Of a DNA stretch of 64,000 nucleotides, positions 1 to 9,292 are shown one piece after another. The notes under the pieces are model-generated. The model saw nothing but the letters and a program-made list of their open reading frames with translations. It made no database searches and was not told where the DNA came from. This DNA is from a virus, in IMG/VR virus record IMGVR_UViG_3300010158_000028, positions 32,001 through 96,000 of that record; one strand, given 5' to 3'. The position numbers and the translations under genes were made by a program. Every line of letters begins with the position of its first letter. The stretch's first letter is position 1.

Positions 1-437
1 CCACCAGATTCTAATCTTTTATCTGAGGTTGTTATATTCAAATTATTATATTCTTTTGTTTCAGGCCAAGTGGTGCCTCCTCTTGGATCTAAAAGAATTA
101 AGTCACCACATAGAGGTGCTGAATTGATATAGTATATACCATTGACTACACATGACATATGATTATGTGTGCCCATTCCTTCTAGAAAGTTATTAGAGGT
201 TACCCAGCATGCTTTTATATTGACTGAACTAAATTCATAGTATGGTTTAAAGTATTCGGTAACACATTCAAAGATCATTTTTTTAAATGTTATTAGAACC
301 GTATCATCTGTATGAAAATTTCTAACTCTTTTTTGTGGATCTAAAGTATCAATAAATGATTGAACTTCATCCAAAACTCCTAGATTATGAAAGACCATAA
401 TAGGTGTTGGGAATATATCAAATCTCTGTGAATTCAC
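1..437 (-). CDS. Putative 2OG-Fe(II) oxygenase (TIGR02466-like), runs off the left edge
   Basis: Hand translation from GTG at 437 (SD GGAG at 447-450): MNSQRFDIFPTPI...CWV...HNH...VNGIYYI...GDLILLDPR, typical of phage 2OG-Fe(II) oxygenases. Confidence 0.75.
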   Translation of the reverse strand, partial: MNSQRFDIFPTPIMVFHNLGVLDEVQSFIDTLDPQKRVRNFHTDDTVLITFKKMIFECVTEYFKPYYEFSSVNIKACWVTSNNFLEGMGTHNHMSCVVNGIYYINSAPLCGDLILLDPRGGTTWPETKEYNNLNITTSDKRLESG

Positions 438-475
438 TATAATTAACTCCTTGGCATAAAATTATATATATTGTC

Positions 476-1327
476 ATGATTATACTATTAATATTGATAT
501 TGATCGGCAGTAACACATATGCACAAACACTAGTCACTAGATCAAGTCCGGGTGGTACTGTTGATACTATCTCTAGAGAATTGATTAAAAATACTCCTAT
601 TGTTATAGAAAATAGACCTGGTGCTGATGGTGATATTGCTTTAGAAAATGTAATTAATTCTAAAGGAAATACATATTACATCGGTCAACTCAATGCATAT
701 CTAAAGTATTATATGAATATTGATGATGGTAATAAGAGTATTAATGTCCAAAAAGAATTTGATTATGTTGCCCATGTTGGAAATGTATTAAGTGTGATAA
801 TTATCCATCCAAATGTTCCAGTTAAAACTATTAACCAATTAATTCAAATTGCAAATACTAATCCAAATACTATAAATTTTGGCACTACAGGCAAAGGAAG
901 TACCTCAGATATTGTCTATAGATTACTAGGTAATAAATTCTATAACATACCATATAAATCTTCTATAGGTTCACATATTGATCTTATCAGTGGTCAAATA
1001 GATGTTACATCATCAACTGTATTATTATCAAGACCACTACATAAAATAGGTAAAATTAGAATAATACTCAAATTATTTGATGAACCTCTTGATGATATTA
1101 AAGGATCAAAGAATTTAATTGTCCATACCAATGTAATGATACTAAGTAAAAAAGGTAGGATTGATAATAAATTTAAAGATAATATCGTTAGTATAATAGA
1201 ATCTGATAAATTTAAATTAAAAATGCAAGAGAATGGAATATCAGTAAAATCATTGAATAATATTGAATATGATATGCTCCTGACTAATCAAATAAATCAG
1301 TGGAAATCTCTACGGTTGATTAGATAA
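476..1327 (+). CDS. Bug/TctC family tripartite tricarboxylate transporter substrate-binding protein (divergent)
   Basis: Signal peptide; PGGTVD..R, IENRPGADG, G.G..S, IPYK and GQID motifs. Confidence 0.8.
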   Translation: MIILLILILIGSNTYAQTLVTRSSPGGTVDTISRELIKNTPIVIENRPGADGDIALENVINSKGNTYYIGQLNAYLKYYMNIDDGNKSINVQKEFDYVAHVGNVLSVIIIHPNVPVKTINQLIQIANTNPNTINFGTTGKGSTSDIVYRLLGNKFYNIPYKSSIGSHIDLISGQIDVTSSTVLLSRPLHKIGKIRIILKLFDEPLDDIKGSKNLIVHTNVMILSKKGRIDNKFKDNIVSIIESDKFKLKMQENGISVKSLNNIEYDMLLTNQINQWKSLRLIR

Positions 1328-2359
1328 TACAGACCGCACTTGGTCTATAGTTGGAGATATTGATTCAGGTACCATTTGGCCATCACTATCTGCCCAACAT
1401 ATTTTCCAAGTAACATTGTTGGAATAATATCTCACAACATTAGATGATTTTAATTCAATATCCTGACCAATAAAATCAGAAAATACTTTTCTTGATTTTG
1501 TATAATGATTGGCTATTGACCAAGATTGAAAATCTGGTGTATCAAAGAAAGATTCAGTATTAACAAAATTGCCAGTTATACCTATAAACCGATATCTTAT
1601 AGAATACCATTTCATTACAAAAGATATCCACCAATAAAAATCATACTTAGTTTTTATCTCTATTGGTGATCTACTCATTAAACCCTGTAGATATTCTTCT
1701 ATATTTCTAAATGCAACCTTTTTATCAGAATAATATTTTGCCATGGCACTACTCTTAAATCTATTTTTATACCAAATGCCCATATTCATTGCATTAAAAA
1801 CTATTACCGATAAATTAAAAGGAATAACATTTTTACCCATATCAATACCTGGAAAATTGGATAACCAATAATTGTTTGATACATTATAAAGATATTTTCC
1901 ACCACTTCCGGTAATAACTTTAGTTTTTAATATATTACCATTCATTAACTCACTTAAAGGTACAATATCATGAGACAGATGTTTTATTCTCTCATATACT
2001 TCGGGTAAAGTCTGTATATCATTATCTGTTATTATAACATGAGGTCTTGCACCAACATCCTCTAATGCTTTAACAACAACTAATGATGATAGACCGGATA
2101 CCAATACATCTTGATAACCTTGGTTCTTTAAGTCTGTTGCCCTCTCATATACGATATCAGAGAAACTCTTTGTTGTTAAATAACTAGGTATAGGACATGG
2201 TGTTAGATTGAAAATACTTGGCACTGTTCTATCAATACCCATACCTGTGTTGCCTAAAAATCCTATTTGATATGCGGTTAGTGTGTCTGTGTAATCAATA
2301 CCCAATTCATCTAACCGATCAAATGTAGATGGATTCTTATATATTAATAAATTACTCAC
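1310..2359 (-). CDS. Degenerate PP-loop/asparagine-synthase-like protein (paralog 3)
   Basis: Shares DRT, F.D...RA, ITGSGG, PIEIKT..D..WW..F..KW and FFDT.DFQ.W blocks with its two neighbours; PP-loop decayed to VSGLSS. Confidence 0.6.
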   Translation of the reverse strand: MSNLLIYKNPSTFDRLDELGIDYTDTLTAYQIGFLGNTGMGIDRTVPSIFNLTPCPIPSYLTTKSFSDIVYERATDLKNQGYQDVLVSGLSSLVVVKALEDVGARPHVIITDNDIQTLPEVYERIKHLSHDIVPLSELMNGNILKTKVITGSGGKYLYNVSNNYWLSNFPGIDMGKNVIPFNLSVIVFNAMNMGIWYKNRFKSSAMAKYYSDKKVAFRNIEEYLQGLMSRSPIEIKTKYDFYWWISFVMKWYSIRYRFIGITGNFVNTESFFDTPDFQSWSIANHYTKSRKVFSDFIGQDIELKSSNVVRYYSNNVTWKICWADSDGQMVPESISPTIDQVRSVLSNQP

Positions 2360-3480
2360 TTCAGTAACTTTTCAATAGTATCTTTTGGTATTGTTTCAGA
2401 ACTTTTAAATACATTACCAACATCATCAATTAATCTAAAATACTGAGGAGGATTAGACGCACCACCAGATGCGGATGTTGATGCCAATGGCTCTTTATTC
2501 AAATAATAATCTTCATCATTGGTATAATCATAAATTATTTTCTTAATTGGTCCTTTTATTTCTTGTGTCTTTAATACACCATTATATGTAAGAGCATAAT
2601 TGATAAAATCTTCAGTATCGTAAAATCCTTTTATTGTATCAAATATATTTGGATTTTCTCCTCTTGTTACACATACGTTATATGCTTTACCCCAGCGTGA
2701 AAGCCAAATAAACCACTGCAGATCCAATAAATTATTAATTTCAACAGGACATTTATTCTTATACTGATTAAGTTGATCAATAACAGCATCTTTATTAAAA
2801 AATAAACTTAATGCATTAATTTCACCACGATCAATTGTAATTTTATCTTTAATTGTATTGAAAGACATAGTACCATCATCATCAAGCATTGAATAGATTT
2901 TAATTCTTTTTCTCCATGTATCACTTGTATGCCGAGGAAATGGACTACCATGTATACCCAATAAATTATATCTATCAGTATTTGCCATAAAAATAGAATA
3001 AACGTCACATATATCTTTTACTAATATATTCTTATCTTTAAGGTGTGTTTCATAGAACAATGGATATTCTTTTGTGATTGATGCTCGTGTAGTTATAATT
3101 TGTATTTTTTCATGCCACTTAGAATCTGCCTTCATAAAACTAATTAACATTCCAGTAGAGTCAATACCACCAGACCAAAATATTCTAAGTGGCGTTTTGG
3201 TTTCTAATAATTCATTAGCTCTTTTATCGCATAATTCTTCAAAAACTTTATTGCAATCACCTGTCATTTCATTGACATTAAGGGATAACGTGGGTAAATA
3301 ATTTTGTATAGGTAAATTTACAGAACCTGTTCTATCCAATGTATTATGACAGGAAAATATTCTATTAATATATTCATTTGATGCTAAATTAATGTTATCA
3401 TCTTTATTTTTTAATATAGGTAATAATTGATGTAATAAATCATCATTAAAAATTTTAATTTTGTTCATTTGGTGTAACAC
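2356..3480 (-). CDS. PP-loop (adenine nucleotide alpha-hydrolase/Asn-synthase-like) protein (paralog 2)
   Basis: FWSGGIDST PP-loop; EYPLFY; K.IY.YT.D..Y..NK. Confidence 0.7.
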   Translation of the reverse strand: MLHQMNKIKIFNDDLLHQLLPILKNKDDNINLASNEYINRIFSCHNTLDRTGSVNLPIQNYLPTLSLNVNEMTGDCNKVFEELCDKRANELLETKTPLRIFWSGGIDSTGMLISFMKADSKWHEKIQIITTRASITKEYPLFYETHLKDKNILVKDICDVYSIFMANTDRYNLLGIHGSPFPRHTSDTWRKRIKIYSMLDDDGTMSFNTIKDKITIDRGEINALSLFFNKDAVIDQLNQYKNKCPVEINNLLDLQWFIWLSRWGKAYNVCVTRGENPNIFDTIKGFYDTEDFINYALTYNGVLKTQEIKGPIKKIIYDYTNDEDYYLNKEPLASTSASGGASNPPQYFRLIDDVGNVFKSSETIPKDTIEKLLK

Positions 3481-4562
3481 TCCCTTAGTAATTGTTCACA
3501 TTTAGATTCATCCATATTAATTAAATGTCCGTTGGTTGTAACTAACCGCATACCTCTGATTAAATGCTTAACTGGTTCAACTGATCTACCCATTGACTCA
3601 TGTTGTAACTTGTTCACTCTATACTCATTATCACCAGTGAATTCATAGATAAAATCTTTTGCTGGTTGTTTATATGTGTTCCATGTATCACCCAACTTAA
3701 CATCTAAATTGGACATTGCCCATCGTTGGTAATATAAACTATTAAAGAAACTTATCTTGTTATCAAATATAGTTATATCATTGACTGCTGCTATGGCACG
3801 ACTCTTAACATGATCCCATTTGTGTGTGAAGGTTAACATCCAATATAAATCTGCAACTGTTTTAATAGGCACAGGAAACTTCTCTATCTGTTGTTCAATA
3901 TAATCTATTGTAATATACAACCGTTTATGTTTTTCGGTATGCAAATAGAATTCATTATGATTATATAACTTAGAGTAGTGTTGTTTCCTCATCTCACCCA
4001 TATCTCTCATAATGTTACACCCCCATATCTGATCACCACATGTACCATCAATAGGTAACACATCAAGATCAAATAGCTTCTTATCAAAGAATTCTAGATT
4101 CTTTAACATGACCACATCGGCATTCTTTAAGTAAGTATCATAGAATAGTGGATACTCTTCTTTGATGGCATACTCTGAGGTATAGATTCTAACTCTATTC
4201 AACCAATCACTATTTGTCATCATTAGAGCAACCAATGCAACTGTTGAATCAATACCACCTGACCAGAATACGCAAACTTTTCTATTACCTGCAACTGACC
4301 ATATATCTTCTGCAGTCTTTAATGATGTTTCAGTGAATGTATCTGAAGTATTAAACTCTGTAGGTATAGGTGTGCCATCAAAATTAAATACAAACTCATG
4401 GTTTCTATTAATTGGTCCTGATATGTTTAATAGATTACCAACACAGAACAATGCCATTAAATCAAAGACTCTTTCTTTTTGTGTGAGGTAATAGTCTTTG
4501 ATTGCTATTTGTATTATTTGTTCTCTGACTACATCATCAATATAATATTTTATCTTATGCAT
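3465..4562 (-). CDS. PP-loop (Asn-synthase C-terminal-like) protein (paralog 1)
   Basis: FWSGGIDST and DGTCGDQIWG (compare AsnB SGGLDS and GEGADELFG); no N-terminal glutaminase Cys. Confidence 0.75.
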   Translation of the reverse strand: MHKIKYYIDDVVREQIIQIAIKDYYLTQKERVFDLMALFCVGNLLNISGPINRNHEFVFNFDGTPIPTEFNTSDTFTETSLKTAEDIWSVAGNRKVCVFWSGGIDSTVALVALMMTNSDWLNRVRIYTSEYAIKEEYPLFYDTYLKNADVVMLKNLEFFDKKLFDLDVLPIDGTCGDQIWGCNIMRDMGEMRKQHYSKLYNHNEFYLHTEKHKRLYITIDYIEQQIEKFPVPIKTVADLYWMLTFTHKWDHVKSRAIAAVNDITIFDNKISFFNSLYYQRWAMSNLDVKLGDTWNTYKQPAKDFIYEFTGDNEYRVNKLQHESMGRSVEPVKHLIRGMRLVTTNGHLINMDESKCEQLLRECYTK

Positions 4563-5482
4563 TACTTCTTCATTATTGCTTTAGACCATTGTTTATCATC
4601 AATAACCAAAAACTCATGGAATTCTTTTGGTCCGTATGCCCATATGGTCACATTCTCTTGTTTAACTTTATCTTTCACATCCTGTTTATCTAATGCCGAT
4701 AATACTGCACTGGTTACTTCATCGGCAATTTTTCTATCATAATTCTTTGGTGCAACAATACCAAACCAACCAGGATAATTGAATGATTGTTTAGTCATCT
4801 CTTGAACTGTAGGTATAGTATTCATTAAAATATCACGATGGGTTGTTGTAATAGCAACTGCTCGCAACTTACCAGAATCAATATGTGCTTTTGTTCCTTG
4901 AATACCACTGACTAATAGAGGTGTTGAACCAGACATTACAGTCAGCAGTCCATCACTAGTGCCTCTATGTGGAATAGCCTCAACTTTAAAATTGAATTTG
5001 ATACCTAACTGTTCAATGATTAGATTATTGGCACCTGCAGTACCAGCAGAGGCAATATTAATAATACCATATTTCTTTGATAGAGTGGGCAACTCTAATA
5101 GATTCTTCATTACAAAATTAGGATGTGCAGATATCAAATAAGGATATGCACCAACACCAACAACTGCTTTGAATTCTTCTAGAGGTATGTAACTCAGGTT
5201 GTTTAGATATGCGGTGATCAATAAACTATTTGGTGTGAACAACAATACATTATCTCTGATTGCTTTTTGACGACCAACATCACCACCTGCGCCGCCAACA
5301 TTTTCAATAATAATAGTTTTATTTAAAGTCTTTGATGCTTCTTTGGCTAGAATTCTAGCAACTAAATCTGTACCACCACCGGGTGGAAATGGTACAATCA
5401 TTTTTATATCTGCGGCACTAACATTTAATGATAAAATCATGCCAATTAAAATACTAAACCAATTCATAATACTTCCTTTCAA
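4562..5482 (-). CDS. Bug/TctC family substrate-binding protein
   Basis: Signal peptide; IVPFPPGGGTDLVAR, IIENVGGAGG, GKLRAVA and WFGIVAPK motifs. Confidence 0.9.
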   Translation of the reverse strand: MKGSIMNWFSILIGMILSLNVSAADIKMIVPFPPGGGTDLVARILAKEASKTLNKTIIIENVGGAGGDVGRQKAIRDNVLLFTPNSLLITAYLNNLSYIPLEEFKAVVGVGAYPYLISAHPNFVMKNLLELPTLSKKYGIINIASAGTAGANNLIIEQLGIKFNFKVEAIPHRGTSDGLLTVMSGSTPLLVSGIQGTKAHIDSGKLRAVAITTTHRDILMNTIPTVQEMTKQSFNYPGWFGIVAPKNYDRKIADEVTSAVLSALDKQDVKDKVKQENVTIWAYGPKEFHEFLVIDDKQWSKAIMKK

Positions 5483-5976
5483 TTCAATAATGTGTTTAGA
5501 ACTACAACCTGTTCATTTACCTCTTCTGTTGTTGTTGCTGATTGTATATTGTTTGCAACATTTAATATATTTTGTTTTAGTGTTACATTATCTATAAGAG
5601 TAACAATGTTTTGAATGACCAAATGATTATTACCTATTGTATCAAGTGCATCAATAAAATGTTCCGTAATTAATTGTTCTTTTATAACAACTATTTTGGA
5701 TTGATCAAATGACCATTTATTCTTTTCAATATCAAATACAACATCGTTGATTTCTGGCTTTTCTCTAGTAACAATACTATATTCTGTAGTTGAACCTTTC
5801 TCAATTGGTTTACCATCCTCATCAATATAGTATGCACGAATCCATGTTTCTAATTCATCGGACCAAATAGAATCATATGGTAAATCAACATGATAAGGTA
5901 CATACTTATGGATTCTTACATCATTATCTTCAACTACACCTAAGTATTCACCCTTTGAATTTATAGCATAACTCAT
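5479..5976 (-). CDS. Putative tail fibre/adhesin assembly protein
   Basis: G.YLG start, W....W repeats, C-terminal IQSATTTEEV typical of fibre chaperones; adjacent to adhesin-like gene. Confidence 0.45.
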   Translation of the reverse strand: MSYAINSKGEYLGVVEDNDVRIHKYVPYHVDLPYDSIWSDELETWIRAYYIDEDGKPIEKGSTTEYSIVTREKPEINDVVFDIEKNKWSFDQSKIVVIKEQLITEHFIDALDTIGNNHLVIQNIVTLIDNVTLKQNILNVANNIQSATTTEEVNEQVVVLNTLLN

Positions 5977-6356
5977 TCTATTTTACCTATCAATTCGTTT
6001 TTGAGATTGTTAATGGTTTCAATTTCAGTAACATTGGTACTATCATTGATTACTGTAATACCAGTGGTTAATACTTGAACTTTAAAATCACTATTCACTG
6101 TAGTTAGAATTTTATTAATCTCACTGTAGTTATTAATCTTTTTAGAAACATCAACAATTAGATTCTTTAAAGCAGTTTGTTTATAATCTTCAAATACATT
6201 AAATGTTGATGTTGAACCATCTTCATATACTATTGATACACCATCTTCTTCAAAGGTTACTTTCTCACCATCATAGATAAATGTACCAATATTATATGTA
6301 TTGGCATTTTTATACATGTTGTATATAACTTTTGCTTCGTTTTGTATTTTAGCCAT
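5973..6356 (-). CDS. Putative tail fibre-associated protein
   Basis: C-terminal INDSTNVTEIETI resembles its neighbour; genomic context. Confidence 0.35.
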   Translation of the reverse strand: MAKIQNEAKVIYNMYKNANTYNIGTFIYDGEKVTFEEDGVSIVYEDGSTSTFNVFEDYKQTALKNLIVDVSKKINNYSEINKILTTVNSDFKVQVLTTGITVINDSTNVTEIETINNLKNELIGKIE

Positions 6357-6362
6357 TTGTTA

Positions 6363-7106
6363 TTACCATGTTAATGTAAACCAACCAAGATATCCATTTG
6401 CTTCTGTGTTGTTACCTGTTGCGTTATTGAAACCACTCCACCAATTTGATACAGTAACATTATTACCTGCATCACCAGTATTCCAAGCACTAGGATATGT
6501 TCTCAATTCAACTGAATTTGTTGATATCTTAGTAATTCGATAGGTGTAAGCGACATTTCCTTGAGCATAAAAACCACCTTCACCACCACTAGAAGCACCA
6601 ACATCAGTGTTAGTACTAACACCCAATGCAACAACATCTATACTTTGCCACCAATGGAATCTTGTATATGTATTAGTTGTATCATACCTATATTTTTGTC
6701 CATCAGCATTACCATTGTATCCTGCCGTGTTATCTGCTCCTCTTGCACGATATTGTAACCATACAGCACGAAGATCCGAACTTGGAGCTTGTTGATTTAT
6801 TTCTGGTCTACCACCCATTGCGGCAACTGTAAGCCAAACACTACCATCTACCCGATCTAATGAATATGCACTAGCAGCAAAATACTGTCCAACAGAAATA
6901 AGAGACTGAGAAATTCCAGATGGTTTTGATGTGCCATAAAAATTACTAAATGCAATTGCGCCTGATCCAGGTATATTGGTATTTGATGAATCATTAGCCA
7001 CATATGAACCACCTCTATAGTATTCACTCATACTAACAGGATTGGTTCCACCAAATTCCGTTTGTATTTCAGTTAATGCTAATGCACCAGAACTTTGAAT
7101 AGTCAT
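6363..7106 (-). CDS. Tail fibre tip/adhesin-like protein
   Basis: N-terminal MTIQSSGALALTEIQTEFGGTNPVSMSEYYRGG...IP.SG.I.FSNFYG, a common phage adhesin attachment domain; Gly/Asn/Trp-rich C-terminus. Confidence 0.65.
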   Translation of the reverse strand: MTIQSSGALALTEIQTEFGGTNPVSMSEYYRGGSYVANDSSNTNIPGSGAIAFSNFYGTSKPSGISQSLISVGQYFAASAYSLDRVDGSVWLTVAAMGGRPEINQQAPSSDLRAVWLQYRARGADNTAGYNGNADGQKYRYDTTNTYTRFHWWQSIDVVALGVSTNTDVGASSGGEGGFYAQGNVAYTYRITKISTNSVELRTYPSAWNTGDAGNNVTVSNWWSGFNNATGNNTEANGYLGWFTLTW

Positions 7107-7115
7107 TTAATGCCT

Positions 7116-7403
7116 TTACCAATTAATTTTTTCTTCTTCATCATCGTCTAATGATGGTATATTTATCGCAAAATCTTCAGGCTTTAACATATACTCGCCT
7201 GCTCTTCTGCGATTAAGGTTTTCTATAGCATATTTATTCATCCTGGAAGTGGCAATTCCTTCAGGTGTTCTATAGTATTCAGTCAATTTAAGACTGCGTT
7301 TTAGTTTGCCCTCTTGACTGTGTTTTCGAGCATTACCACAACTTTGACTACAATATGGTCCTCGTTTGTTGTGTTCTTTGCCACATCTTGGGCACTCTTT
7401 CAT
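7116..7403 (-). CDS. Hypothetical zinc-finger protein
   Basis: CPRC..H....YCSQSC followed by a NUMOD3-like HSQEGK.K.S. Confidence 0.55.
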   Translation of the reverse strand: MKECPRCGKEHNKRGPYCSQSCGNARKHSQEGKLKRSLKLTEYYRTPEGIATSRMNKYAIENLNRRRAGEYMLKPEDFAINIPSLDDDEEEKINW

Positions 7404-7621
7404 GCCAATAAATTATTGATATAATAAACTGCTTCAGCCTCGCTAGTGAAATATCGTATTAGAACTTCATCACTAGCAATAGACTGAAACAGTATCAATA
7501 CATTATCACCACATATTGAGAACTTAATGATCCATCCATTCCTAATAACAGGAATAAAACTTTTTGTATTACTTCTTATTGCCTGAAAAGGCGTAATTTC
7601 CTTGGATGATTTGTTTTGCAT
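7400..7621 (-). CDS. Hypothetical protein
   Basis: 73-aa ORF overlapping both neighbours. Confidence 0.5.
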   Translation of the reverse strand: MQNKSSKEITPFQAIRSNTKSFIPVIRNGWIIKFSICGDNVLILFQSIASDEVLIRYFTSEAEAVYYINNLLA

Positions 7622-7781
7622 TTTCTGTACCAGTTTCCATAAATTTTACCATACTATCTAAGTATGTATTCTTTTCAGAACCTGTGAATTTACTAAATGC
7701 ATCTACATATGATTTAACTGCACCAACCTGAACATCAATCAAATCTACTGCCAACTCTTGTGTTTTCTTTGTATCAAACAT
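7569..7781 (-). CDS. Hypothetical helical protein, phasin-like
   Basis: SD AAGGA; amphipathic helical pattern (LIDVQ...VDAF..FT). Confidence 0.4.
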   Translation of the reverse strand: MFDTKKTQELAVDLIDVQVGAVKSYVDAFSKFTGSEKNTYLDSMVKFMETGTENAKQIIQGNYAFSGNKK

Positions 7782-7860
7782 GATTCTTTTTCCTTAATGA
7801 ACGTGCTTCAATTAATGTTTCTACCATAATTTTAATGAAATTTTTAATCTTTTCTAACAT
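7774..7860 (-). CDS. Small hypothetical protein (28 aa)
   Basis: MLEKIKNFIKIMVETLIEARSLRKKNHV; SD GAGGA; promoter upstream. Confidence 0.45.
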   Translation of the reverse strand: MLEKIKNFIKIMVETLIEARSLRKKNHV

Positions 7861-7902
7861 TTTTGTCCTCTTTAGTAAAGGCCTCACAATGAAGCCTCTA
7901 CT

Positions 7903-7931
7903 ATTATATATCAAAAAATGACACAATGCAA
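7903..7931 (-). promoter_or_regulatory. Sigma70-type promoter
   Basis: TTGCAT-17-TATAAT in an intergenic gap. Confidence 0.6.
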
Positions 7932-7938
7932 CAATAAT

Positions 7939-8718
7939 TTAAGATGATATATTTACAACCTTCGCATTAGATATTTTCACTTGGGCATCTTCTTGTTGTA
8001 TCCGTGCTAAGATATAATCTTTTACCAATGATGACCTAACTATATCTTCAACGGTAAATTCAATCCGTGTAAATGCTGCCATATGCATAGCAATATCAAA
8101 GAACTTTAATATGCCACTCATATCATTCTTACGTTTGGTTAAATCTGTTTGCCTATAATCACCGCACCATATAATTTTAGACCTATAACCTACCCGTGTC
8201 ATAACAGTATCAATCTCTTCAAAATTTAAATTCTGCATCTCATCCACAATAATGATTGCATCATCAAAAGACATCCCACGGATAAATGAGGTTGATATGA
8301 ACTGAACATAACCTTGTTCTTCTAATCGGTCCCATGCATCTTTCCGATCAAATAAGGTATGACAGATTTGTTTGTATGGTTGCTGGTAAATATCCATCTT
8401 TTCATCTACATCACCAGGCAAGTGTCCCATCTCTCTTGACTGAACTGCAGACCTAACTACAATGATTTTCTTGAATGGATTTGATTTGTCTAAAACTTCT
8501 TCTAGTGCTTTGTATAATGCACAGAATGTTTTACCTGTACCTGCAACACCGTGTAATGCTATAAAATAATCACCGTGTCTATATGCTTCAAAGAATGACT
8601 TTTGGTTCTCTGTTAATGGTTGAAATGTTTTTAGGTCATCAATTCTGATTTTAAGTGTTTGATGAGTCTTGGTTGTTTGTCTTTCAACGACATTATTTGC
8701 AGATTGTTTTCTGGACAT
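7939..8718 (-). CDS. phoH: PhoH-family ATPase
   Basis: GVAGTGKT, GHLPG, FIRGMSF, DEMQN, GD..Q, DIVRS. Confidence 0.95.
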   Translation of the reverse strand: MSRKQSANNVVERQTTKTHQTLKIRIDDLKTFQPLTENQKSFFEAYRHGDYFIALHGVAGTGKTFCALYKALEEVLDKSNPFKKIIVVRSAVQSREMGHLPGDVDEKMDIYQQPYKQICHTLFDRKDAWDRLEEQGYVQFISTSFIRGMSFDDAIIIVDEMQNLNFEEIDTVMTRVGYRSKIIWCGDYRQTDLTKRKNDMSGILKFFDIAMHMAAFTRIEFTVEDIVRSSLVKDYILARIQQEDAQVKISNAKVVNISS

Positions 8719-9119
8719 ATTATTCCCTTTAAATGGGCTCTGTGTATTTTACACGATACCCAACTGTTATAGTATTCTTCAGATAACAAAGCATTTCTTG
8801 TAAATATTTCATATGTTTCCCAATAAGAACAAGGTGCTCTTGTTTTGCATAAATGTAATATTGTGCGTTTGAAATTCTCCTTTCCGTATTGTTGAACATC
8901 TTTCTTTACTTCATCAGAGGAAGACCAATAGGTCAACCAATCAGATTGTTTTCTGATTTTCTTTTTCTTACCTTTGATTTGTTGTGTACCAGATTTGGTA
9001 AAGAACTTACGACCGATATACTTTTTACCAGTCGTAAGATTCTCTATGAGATAAACGAAACCGTAATAGGTTTCTACATCTTCTTGTGTGAATTCAATAT
9101 TATTATAAAACCATGTCAT
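8631..9119 (-). CDS. denA: GIY-YIG nuclease, endonuclease II (DenA)-like
   Basis: YGFVYLI.N...KKYIGRK; SDW..YW.S; F.R.IL.LC; YYN. Confidence 0.7.
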   Translation of the reverse strand: MTWFYNNIEFTQEDVETYYGFVYLIENLTTGKKYIGRKFFTKSGTQQIKGKKKKIRKQSDWLTYWSSSDEVKKDVQQYGKENFKRTILHLCKTRAPCSYWETYEIFTRNALLSEEYYNSWVSCKIHRAHLKGIICPENNLQIMSLKDKQPRLIKHLKSELMT

Positions 9120-9135
9120 AATAATATATAGTCAA

Positions 9136-9282
9136 TTAGATATCTTCGTTTTGATATTCTTTATTTACTATCAGATATTCAGCACAGAACGGACAATATG
9201 TGGGACTATCTTCACAATCATCCTCATCGTAAATTATTTTATACTTTGAGTCACAATTGTCACAGTGATGTTTTAAAATCAT
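9136..9282 (-). CDS. Small zinc-ribbon protein (48 aa)
   Basis: Hand translation: MILKHHCDNCDSKY...YCPFCAEY; SD AAGGA. Confidence 0.65.
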   Translation of the reverse strand: MILKHHCDNCDSKYKIIYDEDDCEDSPTYCPFCAEYLIVNKEYQNEDI

Positions 9283-9292
9283 TTTCTATTCC

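Noticed and set aside
1310-4562. QueC / 7-deazaguanine DNA modification pathway
   Set aside because: No QueC-type C-terminal Cys zinc motif, and no folE, queD, queE or dpdA in the window
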